The notes: generated by a model from the sequence alone, not told the origin. A stretch of 64,000 nucleotides of DNA from Desulfatiglandales bacterium (GCA_963666345.1 OY762721.1:1984001-2048000); one strand, 5' to 3'; shown: positions 39,458 to 49,452, numbered from the stretch's first letter. Translations and numbers: made by a program.

Positions 39458-41241
39458 TACGACCCGTCTCCTTCGGCAACCCCTCGTTCCATAAGAGATT
39501 CTTCATAAAGCTCCGCGTATATGCCCCCTTTATTCAAGAGACTGTCATGATTTCCCCTCTCCGCAATGAGCCCCCCTTCAAGCACAAGGATCTTATCCGC
39601 CCTTGCTATGGTGGAGACACGGTGAGAGACCATAAGGGTCGTCTTATCACCCCTTGTCTCAAGAAGTCTTTCAAGTATCCGTTCCTCGGTGTGTATATCC
39701 ACCATTGACAGGGAATCATCCAGGATAAGGAGCGGCGGATTTTCAAGCACTGCCCTTGCAACCGACAGCCTCTGCCTCTGCCCGCCCGAAAGGGTGATGC
39801 CCCTTTCACCGAGGAGGGTATCGACACCTGCTTCAAGCCCGTTTACCTCATCAAGGATTCCGGCGACATCGAGGCTTTTTTCAAGTGCCTTTTCTGAAAC
39901 GCCGTTTCTTCCGAACACTATATTGTTTCTTATGGTGTCTGAAAAAAGGAAAACCTCCTGGGTGACAAAGCCTATCGATTTTCTGAGCAATGCCGTAGAG
40001 ATGTCTCTTATGTCTGTGCCGTCAAGAAATACCCGTCCCACAGGCACATCCAGGAGCCTCGGTATCGATTGAAGCAGTGTGGTCTTTCCCGAGCCCACCC
40101 TGCCCACTATGGCGATCGTCTCCCCCGGCTCGGCAACAAAGTCGATCCCCTTGAGCGTCGGCTCGCCTTGCCCGGGAAAGCTGAAAACAAGGCCTCTTAA
40201 CTCAAGCCCCCTGATCGGGCCGACAGCCGCCGGCTCGACCGGCTGCCTGATTTCAGGTTCCTCTTCAAGTATCCGGTTTATCCTGTTCATGGATGCCGAT
40301 CCGCGCTTGATGAGGTTTGTTACCCATCCCATTGCCATCATCGGCCAGGTCAATAGGTTCAGATAGGCGATAAAGGCCACAAAATCGCCTGTAGTTATAT
40401 CACCTGCGATTGCCAGGCGGCCGCCCACAAGCACTACTACGGCAAGACCCGCGTTCGTAAAAAGCGCCATCATGGGGAAAAAAAAGGCCAGCACCTTTGC
40501 AAGGCTCATGTTTTCACTGACATAGAGCTCACCCTTCTCATTGAGCCGCTCACACGCCCACCCGCCCCTGTTGTACGACTTGATGACCCTTATACCTGAA
40601 AACGACTCCCGCACCCTTTCGGTCATCTCCGAAAATGAGCTCTGCACCCTGTCAAAACCCCTTGACATACGCTTTGTGATCAGCCTGGTTCCAAGGACAA
40701 CGACCGGCGCGGGGATAAGCGATATGAGGGTAAGCTTCACGTCTATGGAAAGCATGAACCCGACCGCCGCCGTTCCAAGGACGATTCCGTCCGTAAAGGC
40801 CACAAGGCCCATGCCGGTTGCCATCCTTATCGCGTTTATATCGTTTATCGACCTGGCCATCAGATCCCCGGTCCTTGTCCGTTGAAAGAAGGAAAGAGAA
40901 AGGAGCTGCAGGTGAGCGTAGAGACGGTTTCTCAACTCCCTTTCGACAAAACGGGAATGACCCAGGATAAAAAACCGCCAGGTGTACCTGAAAGACGCGA
41001 TAACGGCCGCAATGACAAGTATTATAAGACCCTGCCTTATAAGGATGGCAGCGCCGGCTTCATTTATCGTCAAAAGATCGACCGTCTTTTTTATGACAAT
41101 GGGGATGACAAGCTGCAGGAAATCCACCACAAGAAGGCTCATCAGCCCGATGGCGAGCCTCCACCGGTTTCTGTAAAAGTACTGTTTGAGGGGGGAAAAA
41201 GGCCTTATGCTGTCTTTAAAAGGAAACCATGGAATTCTCAT
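39457..41241 (-). CDS. ABC exporter fused permease/ATPase (heterodimer partner)
   Basis: Six-TM domain, GRVGSGKT, LSGGQ, degenerate Walker B LDDS. Confidence 0.93.
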   Translation of the reverse strand: MRIPWFPFKDSIRPFSPLKQYFYRNRWRLAIGLMSLLVVDFLQLVIPIVIKKTVDLLTINEAGAAILIRQGLIILVIAAVIASFRYTWRFFILGHSRFVERELRNRLYAHLQLLSLSFFQRTRTGDLMARSINDINAIRMATGMGLVAFTDGIVLGTAAVGFMLSIDVKLTLISLIPAPVVVLGTRLITKRMSRGFDRVQSSFSEMTERVRESFSGIRVIKSYNRGGWACERLNEKGELYVSENMSLAKVLAFFFPMMALFTNAGLAVVVLVGGRLAIAGDITTGDFVAFIAYLNLLTWPMMAMGWVTNLIKRGSASMNRINRILEEEPEIRQPVEPAAVGPIRGLELRGLVFSFPGQGEPTLKGIDFVAEPGETIAIVGRVGSGKTTLLQSIPRLLDVPVGRVFLDGTDIRDISTALLRKSIGFVTQEVFLFSDTIRNNIVFGRNGVSEKALEKSLDVAGILDEVNGLEAGVDTLLGERGITLSGGQRQRLSVARAVLENPPLLILDDSLSMVDIHTEERILERLLETRGDKTTLMVSHRVSTIARADKILVLEGGLIAERGNHDSLLNKGGIYAELYEESLMERGVAEGDGS

Positions 41242-41467
41242 ATTCTTATCAAGCCGCCGCCTTTTTTATCAGGCACTTATCTTATACCACCGGGCTTTAA
41301 ACGCACAAGCGCCGACGCCCGGATAAAACTCAAACACCAATTACTTCATCGACTGCTACGGCAAAAAAAACATAAAAGATCTTCCGCCCTTATGTTGCCT
41401 TTGCCCTTGGCCCCTAGACCCCTGGAATCCTTGGACCCTCGCATCTTTACATCCTGGCAACCCATTT

Positions 41468-42694
41468 CTAATAGTTTTCAGCCGACCCCTTTATCCTCAT
41501 AATAAAGATTATCGATACTGCCAGCAGCACGCAGAAACCGCTCCATACGATATCATAGCTTCCGAGCACATCAAAGGCCCAGCCGGCAATGGTAGGCCCT
41601 ATGATACCTCCGATGGAAGCGGACCCGAGTGTGATCCCGAGGAGTTTTCCAAAGGACTGTCTGCCGAAATACTTTTTGAGTATGGCACCTCTTAGAACCA
41701 TGCCTCCACCGATTCCGGGAGAGTAAAGAAAAAGGAACAACATGACAAGACCCGTTCCGTTTATGAACCTGAACGCAACCATGCCGGCCGCCATAAAGCA
41801 GAAGGCTGCGGCCATGACATATCTCTTGTCGAAAAAATCGGAAAACCAGCCGAAGCCGAATCTTCCGAGAATGCTTATCAGAGGTATCCCGGCCGCCACA
41901 AAGCCTCCCACGCTTCTTTCAAACCCGAGATCGCTCAGATAGGGCATGACATGTATTACAACGGAGGTAAGCACTACCATCCTTACGGCCTCAGTTAGAT
42001 TGAGGTACCAGAAACCCTTTTTCTTTATTACCTCTTTAAATGCCCAGTCCTTGTCGTCCGGCTCCTCCTTTGCTCCCAGATCCGAGGGAAGGCTTTCAAG
42101 ACCGTCTGGAAGGCATCCGTATTTCTCCGGGCTGTCACGTATGACAAAGGCCATTGGGACACCCAGGACCCATATGCCTATCCCGAGTATGACAAGGGTG
42201 TTTCTCCAGCCGTACAAGGTAATAAACTTGACGATAACTGGTACAAGCAGGCCTCCCGCGCCGAAACCGGACACCATTATCCCCAGCGCCAGCCCCAGTC
42301 TCTTGTGAAACCAGTTCGTTACGACCGTCATGGTCACGACACTCGTGCATCCCCCCGCCCCGAATGCCAGCAGGACGAATGCCATGTAGAACATGAAAAG
42401 GGATTGGGTCATACTGAGAGTTATCAGGCCCAGACCGACCGTTACGGTCCCGCACAGGATAATCTTGCGCGACCCGAACCTGTCCACAAGAAAACCCACA
42501 AGGGGTGCCAGTATGCCCATCTCAAGCCCGCGCAGGCTGGTGGCAAGGGATATCTGCGCGTAGCTCCAGCCGAACTCCTCCCTGATAGGCTCAAAAAAGG
42601 CGGTAAAGCTGTAAAAAACGACTCCGCCGAAATAAAAGCTCACAATGAAGCAGGCAAGAACTATCCACCATCCGTAAAATATCTTTTTGCTCAT
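41468..42694 (-). CDS. MFS transporter
   Basis: About 12 TM segments; GFLVDRFGSR motif A. Confidence 0.92.
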   Translation of the reverse strand: MSKKIFYGWWIVLACFIVSFYFGGVVFYSFTAFFEPIREEFGWSYAQISLATSLRGLEMGILAPLVGFLVDRFGSRKIILCGTVTVGLGLITLSMTQSLFMFYMAFVLLAFGAGGCTSVVTMTVVTNWFHKRLGLALGIMVSGFGAGGLLVPVIVKFITLYGWRNTLVILGIGIWVLGVPMAFVIRDSPEKYGCLPDGLESLPSDLGAKEEPDDKDWAFKEVIKKKGFWYLNLTEAVRMVVLTSVVIHVMPYLSDLGFERSVGGFVAAGIPLISILGRFGFGWFSDFFDKRYVMAAAFCFMAAGMVAFRFINGTGLVMLFLFLYSPGIGGGMVLRGAILKKYFGRQSFGKLLGITLGSASIGGIIGPTIAGWAFDVLGSYDIVWSGFCVLLAVSIIFIMRIKGSAENY

Positions 42695-42866
42695 TACTTA
42701 ATGCCTTCAGATCATACCGATTTTCGGGTATGCTTTTCTTGCCTATCACAGGACCGGCGGAAAACTGAGGGGTAAAAGAAAAAACAACCCCGAAGCCTGT
42801 GCTGCGGGGTTACAATACCGTGATTATAGTCCATGAATAAAATGCTGTCAAAAAATCATACTGATT

Positions 42867-43957
42867 AGGGGGACGCCCATGATTTTATGCTTTTCTCATT
42901 CCATAAGGGTTAAACGTTCGTCATTCGCAAGACCGGCACCTCGCTCTAGCGCACGACTTACCGCAGGCTGAACAAGGCCCAGCCTTCTCCCTACCTCTGT
43001 ACCGGACATTCCCAATTCCCTGACCGCCCAGTAGCATACAAGACTTCTTGCTCTAACCCTCTCCGGCTTTTTACTCGGCCTCAGAATTTCTTCGATATCT
43101 ATTTCCAATAATTCCGATACCCGCTCAATAACTTTATCAAAATCGTACCCCCGGCTTTTTAGCTCATACCGCCTCTCAAATTTTTCATCCTGCTCCCTCA
43201 GCACCGATTCCACAAACCCACTGTCACCAAGCATCCGCTCATCGCTCTTGAAGAGCACTCCCTGCCGACGCAGATCTTTCAACTCCTCCCAACCCCCTGA
43301 ACTTCTAATCAAACCTCCGCCTATTAAATCATTTCTCTTTCCCAGGGCAACGCCGGCCTCCACAAATCTTCTGTATTCCCTTCGAGCAAGAAATTCACGA
43401 TCACCAAACAACCGCAAGACATATTTGGTATCCTGCCACTCATTCTTATATTTTCCCAATATAAAACCGTGCCCGCAAAAACCGTATCGGTCCAGCTCAA
43501 TCATAGACGATACAATCTGTGCCCGCAGGGGATTCAGATGGATGTAACGGACAAGCTCCAAAAGATAGGAATCTTCCTGGCAAAGAATTGATTTATAACG
43601 ATTCTGAAACAGGTGCCCATGTCTTTTATATTTTTTATTAAAGGTTACAGCATATCCCGTAAGCAGTCTTCTCATTATTCCTGCAATAGGCAGATTGCCT
43701 GTTCTCAAAAGCAGATGAAAATGATTCGGCATTAACGCCCATGCAAAACAGGACGTCGCCGTAGCAGTCAGAATAGATCCCAGCCGGTCAATGAACCCTT
43801 TTCGGTCTGCCTGATCACGGAAGATCCTTCGATTTTCAATTCCTCGACATATGACATGGTGAAGAGCACCGGATGCATCTATACGGGCTTGACGGGGCAT
43901 GATTTTCCTCCTCAAAAAAAATTTTTAAGAAAAGCATAAAATCATGGGCGTCCCCCT
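42867..43957 (-). mobile_element. RAYT element bounded by perfect 30-bp inverted repeats
   Basis: 42867-42896 AGGGGGACGCCCATGATTTTATGCTTTTCT is the exact reverse complement of 43928-43957. Confidence 0.85.
42896..43900 (-). CDS. REP-associated tyrosine (Y1/HUH) transposase with C-terminal HTH
   Basis: MPRQAR...HHVICRG, LMPNHFHLL (HUH), GHLFQNRYKS, RYIHLNP; DnaA-C-like HTH tail. Confidence 0.93.
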   Translation of the reverse strand: MPRQARIDASGALHHVICRGIENRRIFRDQADRKGFIDRLGSILTATATSCFAWALMPNHFHLLLRTGNLPIAGIMRRLLTGYAVTFNKKYKRHGHLFQNRYKSILCQEDSYLLELVRYIHLNPLRAQIVSSMIELDRYGFCGHGFILGKYKNEWQDTKYVLRLFGDREFLARREYRRFVEAGVALGKRNDLIGGGLIRSSGGWEELKDLRRQGVLFKSDERMLGDSGFVESVLREQDEKFERRYELKSRGYDFDKVIERVSELLEIDIEEILRPSKKPERVRARSLVCYWAVRELGMSGTEVGRRLGLVQPAVSRALERGAGLANDERLTLME

Positions 43958-43997
43958 TTTTGGTTAAAAAAAGGGTTTTCAGTTTTTATCGGTGGTA

Positions 43998-44741
43998 TCA
44001 GTAGTTGGAGATGGTGATGGAGCCCTTTTTGTCCTTTTTTACCTTGAGGGTCTTCTTCCTGTACCTGAAAAGCTTGGTGCTTTTTCTCGACTCCGGGCTG
44101 AGGTCAACAACATATTTTCCGGGGACCGCAAAATTGAGGTTCTGTCCGTCCACTATCTGAAAGGTAGCCACCCCTATTACCTCACCCCGCATGTTTATGA
44201 CCGGGCTTCCGCTCGAGCCCTTTGAGATGGGTGCCGAGATCTGGAAAATGTCCTCTTTTTTATGAATCGTGCGAAGGGCGGATACTATGCCCTCCGTCAC
44301 AGTCTTTTCAAGGCCCATCGGGCTTCCCAGAACCATGATTTTCTCGGCTGCAAGCGGCAATTCATCGCTTATCTCCACCCACCTGACGGCCCCTTCAGGT
44401 ATGTCAACCTTCACCTTTATGAGATCGACGGCACGGTTTTCAGCCAGGGCCGATGAGATGGGGTATGTTTTCCCATCGCTCGTCCTCACCTCCGCCTTGT
44501 AGACATTCTTGAACACGTGATAATTGGTTATGAGATGGCCCTTGCGGTTAACGAAAAATCCGGTCGCGGACCCCGCGATCTTGTCCTCGGAATTGTAATT
44601 GATGATGGTGACAACCGCGGGCTGTATCCTTTGCACAAGCTCGGGCAGACTCACCTCGGCATGGGCCGGGGCAAAAGCAGCAAGAAGCAGAAGAGCGTTA
44701 AGGAGGACAAAAGATATTCTTTTTGAAAAAGACCGTTCCAT
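43998..44741 (-). CDS. Exported trypsin-like (S1C) serine protease without PDZ
   Basis: Signal peptide; ITNYHV, VDL and ISKGSSGSP triad motifs. Confidence 0.9.
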   Translation of the reverse strand: MERSFSKRISFVLLNALLLLAAFAPAHAEVSLPELVQRIQPAVVTIINYNSEDKIAGSATGFFVNRKGHLITNYHVFKNVYKAEVRTSDGKTYPISSALAENRAVDLIKVKVDIPEGAVRWVEISDELPLAAEKIMVLGSPMGLEKTVTEGIVSALRTIHKKEDIFQISAPISKGSSGSPVINMRGEVIGVATFQIVDGQNLNFAVPGKYVVDLSPESRKSTKLFRYRKKTLKVKKDKKGSITISNY

Positions 44742-45043
44742 ACCACAATTTCCCTATTGTTTGAAAAAGATGTTAAAATCTGAGACTCCCCTTCCCATTT
44801 GCTGAGAACCCGGCAGGCTCATGCCGCCTTCCCGGAAGATTACCCATTATCCGCTTATCTCATGAATCCCCATCTTTTTCAATGACAATAGACAGGGTTC
44901 TTTGCTTCGCTCAGTCCCACTGCTTCGGAGCGGGTTCCCGGTTTCAAGATAAAATGAGAAGGCCGATCTCCCACGAGCTGTGATATGATCACGCTCAAAC
45001 CTTTAACGCAGTCAAATTGCTGCAATAAGAAAGGAGACCGGCC

Positions 45044-46096
45044 ATGAGCAAACATATCACAATTGGGATGGATTTGGGAGACCGAAATCACATTGTTGTT
45101 GTATTGGACCCTGATGGTCAGGAACTCGGGTGCTTTGAATTGATCAATAAGAAAGTGTCATTGAAACGGTTTTTTGAGCGGTACTTTGGAGCGACGGTGG
45201 CTATTGAGGCAGGCACACACTCACCTTGGATCAGTCGTTTACTGGAGCAGATGGGTTTTCAGGTATACGTGGGTAATCCACGAAAGTTACGAATGATATG
45301 GGACAGTACCGACAAAAGCGATGAAAGAGACGCCAGGATGTTGGCGATGGTATGCCGTTTGGAGCCGAAGCTTCTGTGGCCGATACGGCATCGTGGTATG
45401 AAATCTCATAGCGATCTGGAGATAAGTAAGGCACGCAATATGCTGGTTCAGACTCGCACGAAGCTGATCAATCATGTACGCTCAGTGGTCAAAGGGGTTG
45501 GAGAGAGGTTACCAAGCTGCAGCGCAGCCAGTTTTTGCAGAAGGGTAGTTGATTTTCTGCCCGAAGAACTGCTTTGTGCGTTGATGCCGTTGATTGATAC
45601 CATCAGTGATGTTACGGGCAGGATCCGGGAGATAGACAAGCGGATCGATGAGTTGTCTTTGGAACAATATCCGGAGGCTCAGACACTGCAACAGATTAAT
45701 GGAGTCGGTCCGGTGACGGCTCTAGCCTATGTGTTAACGCTGGAAGACCCTGGTCGTTTTAAAAAAAGCCGTATGGTAGGAGCGTATCTGGGTCTGACGC
45801 CGCGTCGGGACCAGTCGGGGAATACGGACAAGCAGCTTAGAATCACCAAGGCGGGCAATGCGTATTTGCGCAAGTTGTTGGTAGGCTGTGCCCATTACAT
45901 CATCGGGCCGTTTGGCCCTGACAGCAATCTGAGGCGTCACGGAATGATTATTGCGGCCCGTGGAGGCAAAAACGCCCGCAAACGGGCAGCGGTGGCTGTG
46001 GCGCGCAAACTAGCTGTATTAATGCATCGGCTGTGGGTCAGTGGGCAGGCTTATGAACCGCTGTATGTTACAAGGGAAATCAAAAAGGCGGCATAG
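45044..46096 (+). CDS. IS110-family DEDD recombinase/transposase
   Basis: GMDLG, AIEAG, KSDERDA (DEDD); GVGPVTA and YLGLTPRRDQSG (catalytic Ser); AVARKL. Confidence 0.96.
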   Translation: MSKHITIGMDLGDRNHIVVVLDPDGQELGCFELINKKVSLKRFFERYFGATVAIEAGTHSPWISRLLEQMGFQVYVGNPRKLRMIWDSTDKSDERDARMLAMVCRLEPKLLWPIRHRGMKSHSDLEISKARNMLVQTRTKLINHVRSVVKGVGERLPSCSAASFCRRVVDFLPEELLCALMPLIDTISDVTGRIREIDKRIDELSLEQYPEAQTLQQINGVGPVTALAYVLTLEDPGRFKKSRMVGAYLGLTPRRDQSGNTDKQLRITKAGNAYLRKLLVGCAHYIIGPFGPDSNLRRHGMIIAARGGKNARKRAAVAVARKLAVLMHRLWVSGQAYEPLYVTREIKKAA

Positions 46097-46169
46097 AAAC
46101 AAGGCAGTATATTGTCATAAGGCAGTCAGGGTTATGTTGACAATTTCTTTAAAGAGTCTTTGACGTCTG

Positions 46170-46330
46170 GTCCGGGTGACTGCGGCCGAACCCTTGCACC
46201 GGCCAATGTACCGTTGGCCAAAAAAGAGTGCGAGTTCAAGATAGCAGCACCCACCGACTGATTTTACCATGCACCGGGCCAAAGGTAAGGCCCTAAAAAA
46301 GAGTGCGAATGGAAGTGTGACGGTCAGGGC
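46170..46330 (+). ncRNA. Predicted bridge/seek RNA with target- and donor-binding loops
   Basis: Two parallel stem-loop units with guides AACCCTT/GTTCAAG and ATTTTACCAT/ATGGAAG that match the target and circle junction. Transcript ends are not determined. Confidence 0.82.
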
Positions 46331-46365
46331 TCGAAAGGAAAAAGGATGTCCGTGAAGCGGACCTC

Positions 46366-46371
46366 TTGACT
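46366..46371 (+). promoter_or_regulatory. -35 box of the IS circle-junction promoter
   Basis: TTGACT lies 17 bp from TAAAAT (44950-44955) once the ends are joined over one core. Confidence 0.8.
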
Positions 46372-46387
46372 TGCCTTCTCATGGAAG

Positions 46388-46580
46388 GGTCCAAGGGGTC
46401 CAGGGGCCAGCTGAACCGCTGTCGAAGAAAAAGCATGTCCTGTCTCTATGCCCTCTGTGGTCTCTGTGAGAAACAAAAGGCATTTGGACTTCAGGCCCCA
46501 CTGATACTGAAACCGCTGATAGCCCTTTGCGAAGCAAAAAATCTTTTTATCCTTAGTTATCAAGCGAAGCGGGCGGCAAA
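46388..46580 (+). repeat. Octamer repeats + module D + shortened family A element
   Basis: Homologous to 60720-60910 (CTCTGTGGT.TCTGTGAGAAA...ACTTCAGGCCCCA...CTGAAACCGCTG). Confidence 0.8.
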
Positions 46581-46746
46581 TAAAACAGGGGCACTGTTAT
46601 TTGTTATTCGTTATTGGCGGGCAAGAAAAGCGAGACCGTGCCCCTCTATGTCCTGCCTTGTCCCTCCATATCGTTCCGATATTCATAGGTATTGCTACTG
46701 AAAGCCCATAGGTTATTTTCTATAAGAAACTTTGATGATTATTTTG

Positions 46747-46774
46747 AATAGTTTCTTTTATAAAAGAAACTATT
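46747..46774. promoter_or_regulatory. Perfect 28-bp palindrome overlapping a TTGACA -35 box
   Basis: AATAGTTTCTTTTATAAAAGAAACTATT; TTGACA at 46773-46778. Confidence 0.6.
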
Positions 46775-46829
46775 GACATTTTTGCTGATTATGATAAGTT
46801 TTTGCCATAACCAAAAGAGAAGCAAAAAG

Positions 46830-48041
46830 ATGGAAACTTTACTTCATAAAAGAAACTTATATATAGACAAGGTCCGCCCCTTTATTGACAAGCCGGTGAT
46901 CAAAGTGATCACAGGCATGCGCAGGACGGGAAAAAGCTGTTTACTCAAGCTGATCATCGAAGAGATGCAAATTTCTGAAAACAGCAAGCTGTACATAAAC
47001 AAAGAGTCGCTGGATTATGATTTCATTCAGGACTACGGTGAGCTTCACCGTCATGTAAAAAAATACTTTTCAGCCGTTGAGGGGAAAAAATATCTCTTTG
47101 TCGATGAAATACAGGAAATAGAGGGATGGGAAAAGGCCGTAACTTCTCTTTTCAATGCTGGAGACTACGATATTTACATCACCGGATCCAACGCGCATCT
47201 CCTTTCGTCCGAGATCGCGACACTGATCGCGGGCCGGTATATTGAAATACCTGTCTATTCTCTGAGTTTTGAAGAATTTTTAATGTTCCGGCAAAAAAAG
47301 CAGGAAAAAGGACATGAAGAATTCTTAACATACCTTTGGGCAGGCGGCTTTCCTGCAATTCATCATTTCGATTTTAACCGGGAGGTCGTATATCAGTATA
47401 TCAATTCAATCTACGATACCATCCTCTTAAAGGACGTGATAAGAAGAAACAACGTCAGGAATGTCACCCTTCTTGAAAACATCACCCGGTACCTGTTTCA
47501 GAATATAGGTAATATTTTTACCGCCAAGAAGGTGTCGGATTATCTTAAATCCCAGAAACTGAAAATCGGCGTCGATACGGTGCAGAAGTATATTTCATAC
47601 CTTATGTCGACTTTTGCCGTATATAAGGTTCCCCGGTTTGACATAAAAGGTAAACGCCTGCTGGAACTGCATGAAAAATATTACCTTGGAGACATAGCCC
47701 TTCGAAATGCGCTTTTCGGATATCGTGAGGGAGATATCTCAGGTCTGCTCGAAAATATTGTCTTCCTTGAACTCAAGCGAAGAGGCTACGATGTCCATAT
47801 AGGAAAATTGGGAGAACGGGAGATTGACTTTATCGCGGAAAAAGAGCACCGGAAAATTTATGTTCAGGTGGCCTATCTTCTGTCATCACAGGAAACCATT
47901 GAAAGGGAGTTTTCCGCTTTGAGATCTGTCAGGGACAATTATCAGAAATATGTTATCAGCATGGACTCCGTATTCGGAAAAGACATTGAAGGCATCCACC
48001 GGATTAATCTGGTTGATTTCCTGTTAAACCCCGACATATAG
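46830..48041 (+). CDS. AAA_14 + DUF4143 ATP-binding protein
   Basis: GMRRTGKS, FVDEIQ, ITGSN, GGFP, LENIVFLEL, EIDF...YVQV nuclease-like tail. Confidence 0.9.
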   Translation: METLLHKRNLYIDKVRPFIDKPVIKVITGMRRTGKSCLLKLIIEEMQISENSKLYINKESLDYDFIQDYGELHRHVKKYFSAVEGKKYLFVDEIQEIEGWEKAVTSLFNAGDYDIYITGSNAHLLSSEIATLIAGRYIEIPVYSLSFEEFLMFRQKKQEKGHEEFLTYLWAGGFPAIHHFDFNREVVYQYINSIYDTILLKDVIRRNNVRNVTLLENITRYLFQNIGNIFTAKKVSDYLKSQKLKIGVDTVQKYISYLMSTFAVYKVPRFDIKGKRLLELHEKYYLGDIALRNALFGYREGDISGLLENIVFLELKRRGYDVHIGKLGEREIDFIAEKEHRKIYVQVAYLLSSQETIEREFSALRSVRDNYQKYVISMDSVFGKDIEGIHRINLVDFLLNPDI

Positions 48042-48106
48042 GCGCTGTTTCATTGAAAAAACATCCGCCATCCCTGGCCGTCCACGTTTATCCTGCTGCA
48101 GTTGGC

Positions 48107-48136
48107 AGAAAAGCATAAAATCATGGGCGTCCCCCT
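48107..48136 (+). repeat. Solo copy of the RAYT terminal repeat (30/30)
   Basis: AGAAAAGCATAAAATCATGGGCGTCCCCCT. Confidence 0.92.
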
Positions 48137-48283
48137 TTTTACGGCACCGGAAGAGCAGAAAATATTTTCATCCTGTTTTGTCAAGCGAAGCGGGCAGGCT
48201 GTTCCGGAATAATCAAAACATCTGTATATCTCATTTCACATGTGTAAAAATAAGACTTTACAGAGACCAGGCGCGGGGATCAG

Positions 48284-49174
48284 ATGCGGGAATCAGCCTT
48301 TAAGAACAGATTAATGCTTCTCATCAAGGTAAGCAGGCCTATGTGGTGGGTCGTGCTTCCCGTCTCATACACGGTCGGCCTGGCCTTCGGCAGGCACGGC
48401 CTTAAAAGCGCCGATTTTCATTTCTCTTTTTTCATGGCGCTTCAACTCTTTTTTCTCTCCTTTCCTTTGTGCCTTTTTACATTCGGCCTTAACGACATCT
48501 ACGACTATCGCGCGGACATGAAGAACCCGAGGAAAATGGGAAAATCGCTTAAAAGCGCGCTCAATTTCGACGGCACGGTCTCGGATGAAAAGGATCAGGA
48601 TTTTCTAAAAAAAGCCGCCTGGTTTTGCGGAACCCTCTTCTTCCTGATCTCGCTCTCAGGCATGAACATCTTCAATATCTTTTACGCGTTTTCACTTCTG
48701 CTGTTGAGTTTTACCTATTCGATGCCCCCCTGGCGCCTTAAGACAAGACCCCCGCTTGATTCCATCCTAGGCGGCATTATAACTGTTATTGCGCCTTTCG
48801 GCATGGCCTTCAGCCTTGTTGACGACCCCTTCAGGATACCCCTTCAGATATATCTTTTTTCCATATGCGGCATGGGGGTCCACGCCTTTTCCACCACCAT
48901 GGATCATGAAGCGGATAAAAAGCTGGGGGAAAGGACCTTTGCCGTGGTATTCGGAATGAGATGGGCGGCATTTTTCCCTGCCGCGGCTTTTCTGATGACC
49001 TTTTTTTCCTTACACGGACTCCGCTACAAGATATATTTTGCACTCTGCATCTGTATCTTTACCTGGTTTATCTTCCGCCCTTCGGAAAAACAGGCAAGAA
49101 ATGCCCTCTTGATGATGCTGGCGGGAGCCGTTGTTGTCTCCATATACGGAGTTTATGAAATGTTCGCGATGTAG
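48284..49174 (+). CDS. UbiA-family prenyltransferase (resembles the lycopene-elongase-like subgroup)
   Basis: SRP, NDIYDYRAD.KNPRK, YSMPPWRLK.RP.LDS, D.EADKKLG.RTFAVVFG. Confidence 0.85.
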   Translation: MRESAFKNRLMLLIKVSRPMWWVVLPVSYTVGLAFGRHGLKSADFHFSFFMALQLFFLSFPLCLFTFGLNDIYDYRADMKNPRKMGKSLKSALNFDGTVSDEKDQDFLKKAAWFCGTLFFLISLSGMNIFNIFYAFSLLLLSFTYSMPPWRLKTRPPLDSILGGIITVIAPFGMAFSLVDDPFRIPLQIYLFSICGMGVHAFSTTMDHEADKKLGERTFAVVFGMRWAAFFPAAAFLMTFFSLHGLRYKIYFALCICIFTWFIFRPSEKQARNALLMMLAGAVVVSIYGVYEMFAM

Positions 49175-49422
49175 GGGGGTAAAAGGACAGGGTCCGGGAA
49201 GCCCAGGGGTCAAGGGTTCCAGGATGGCGATAGGACAAAGGTTCCTATCTCGCCTTTCCCGCTTTTCCCGCCTCGGCGTAAGGCCTTTAAAAGAGGTTGT
49301 CAACAGCCTTGAAATGCCTGATAATGCCGGAATCGCAGGAAAAAAATCGCCCTGGAGCTGATCATGGAGCATCTATGTAAGATTTTCAATGCAAGATTTT
49401 TCTCTTTAAAGGACGGTGTTCT

Positions 49423-49452
49423 AAAAAAGCATAAAATCATGGTCGTCCCCCT
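49423..49452 (+). repeat. Solo copy of the RAYT terminal repeat (28/30)
   Basis: AAAAAAGCATAAAATCATGGTCGTCCCCCT. Confidence 0.88.

Larger units (their letters stand above)
44946..46387 (+). mobile_element. IS110-family element of IS1111 type (coordinates include both copies of the AAG core)
   Basis: AAG at both ends; sub-terminal IRs ATGAGAAGGC (44954-44963) and GCCTTCTCAT (46373-46382); long right non-coding end. Confidence 0.9.

Noticed and set aside
40882..41502. 206-aa + strand ORF, and similar long antisense ORFs such as 4473-5165, 37314-38021 and 55470-56075
   Set aside because: They overlap well-supported opposite-strand genes and have no motifs; treated as shadow ORFs.
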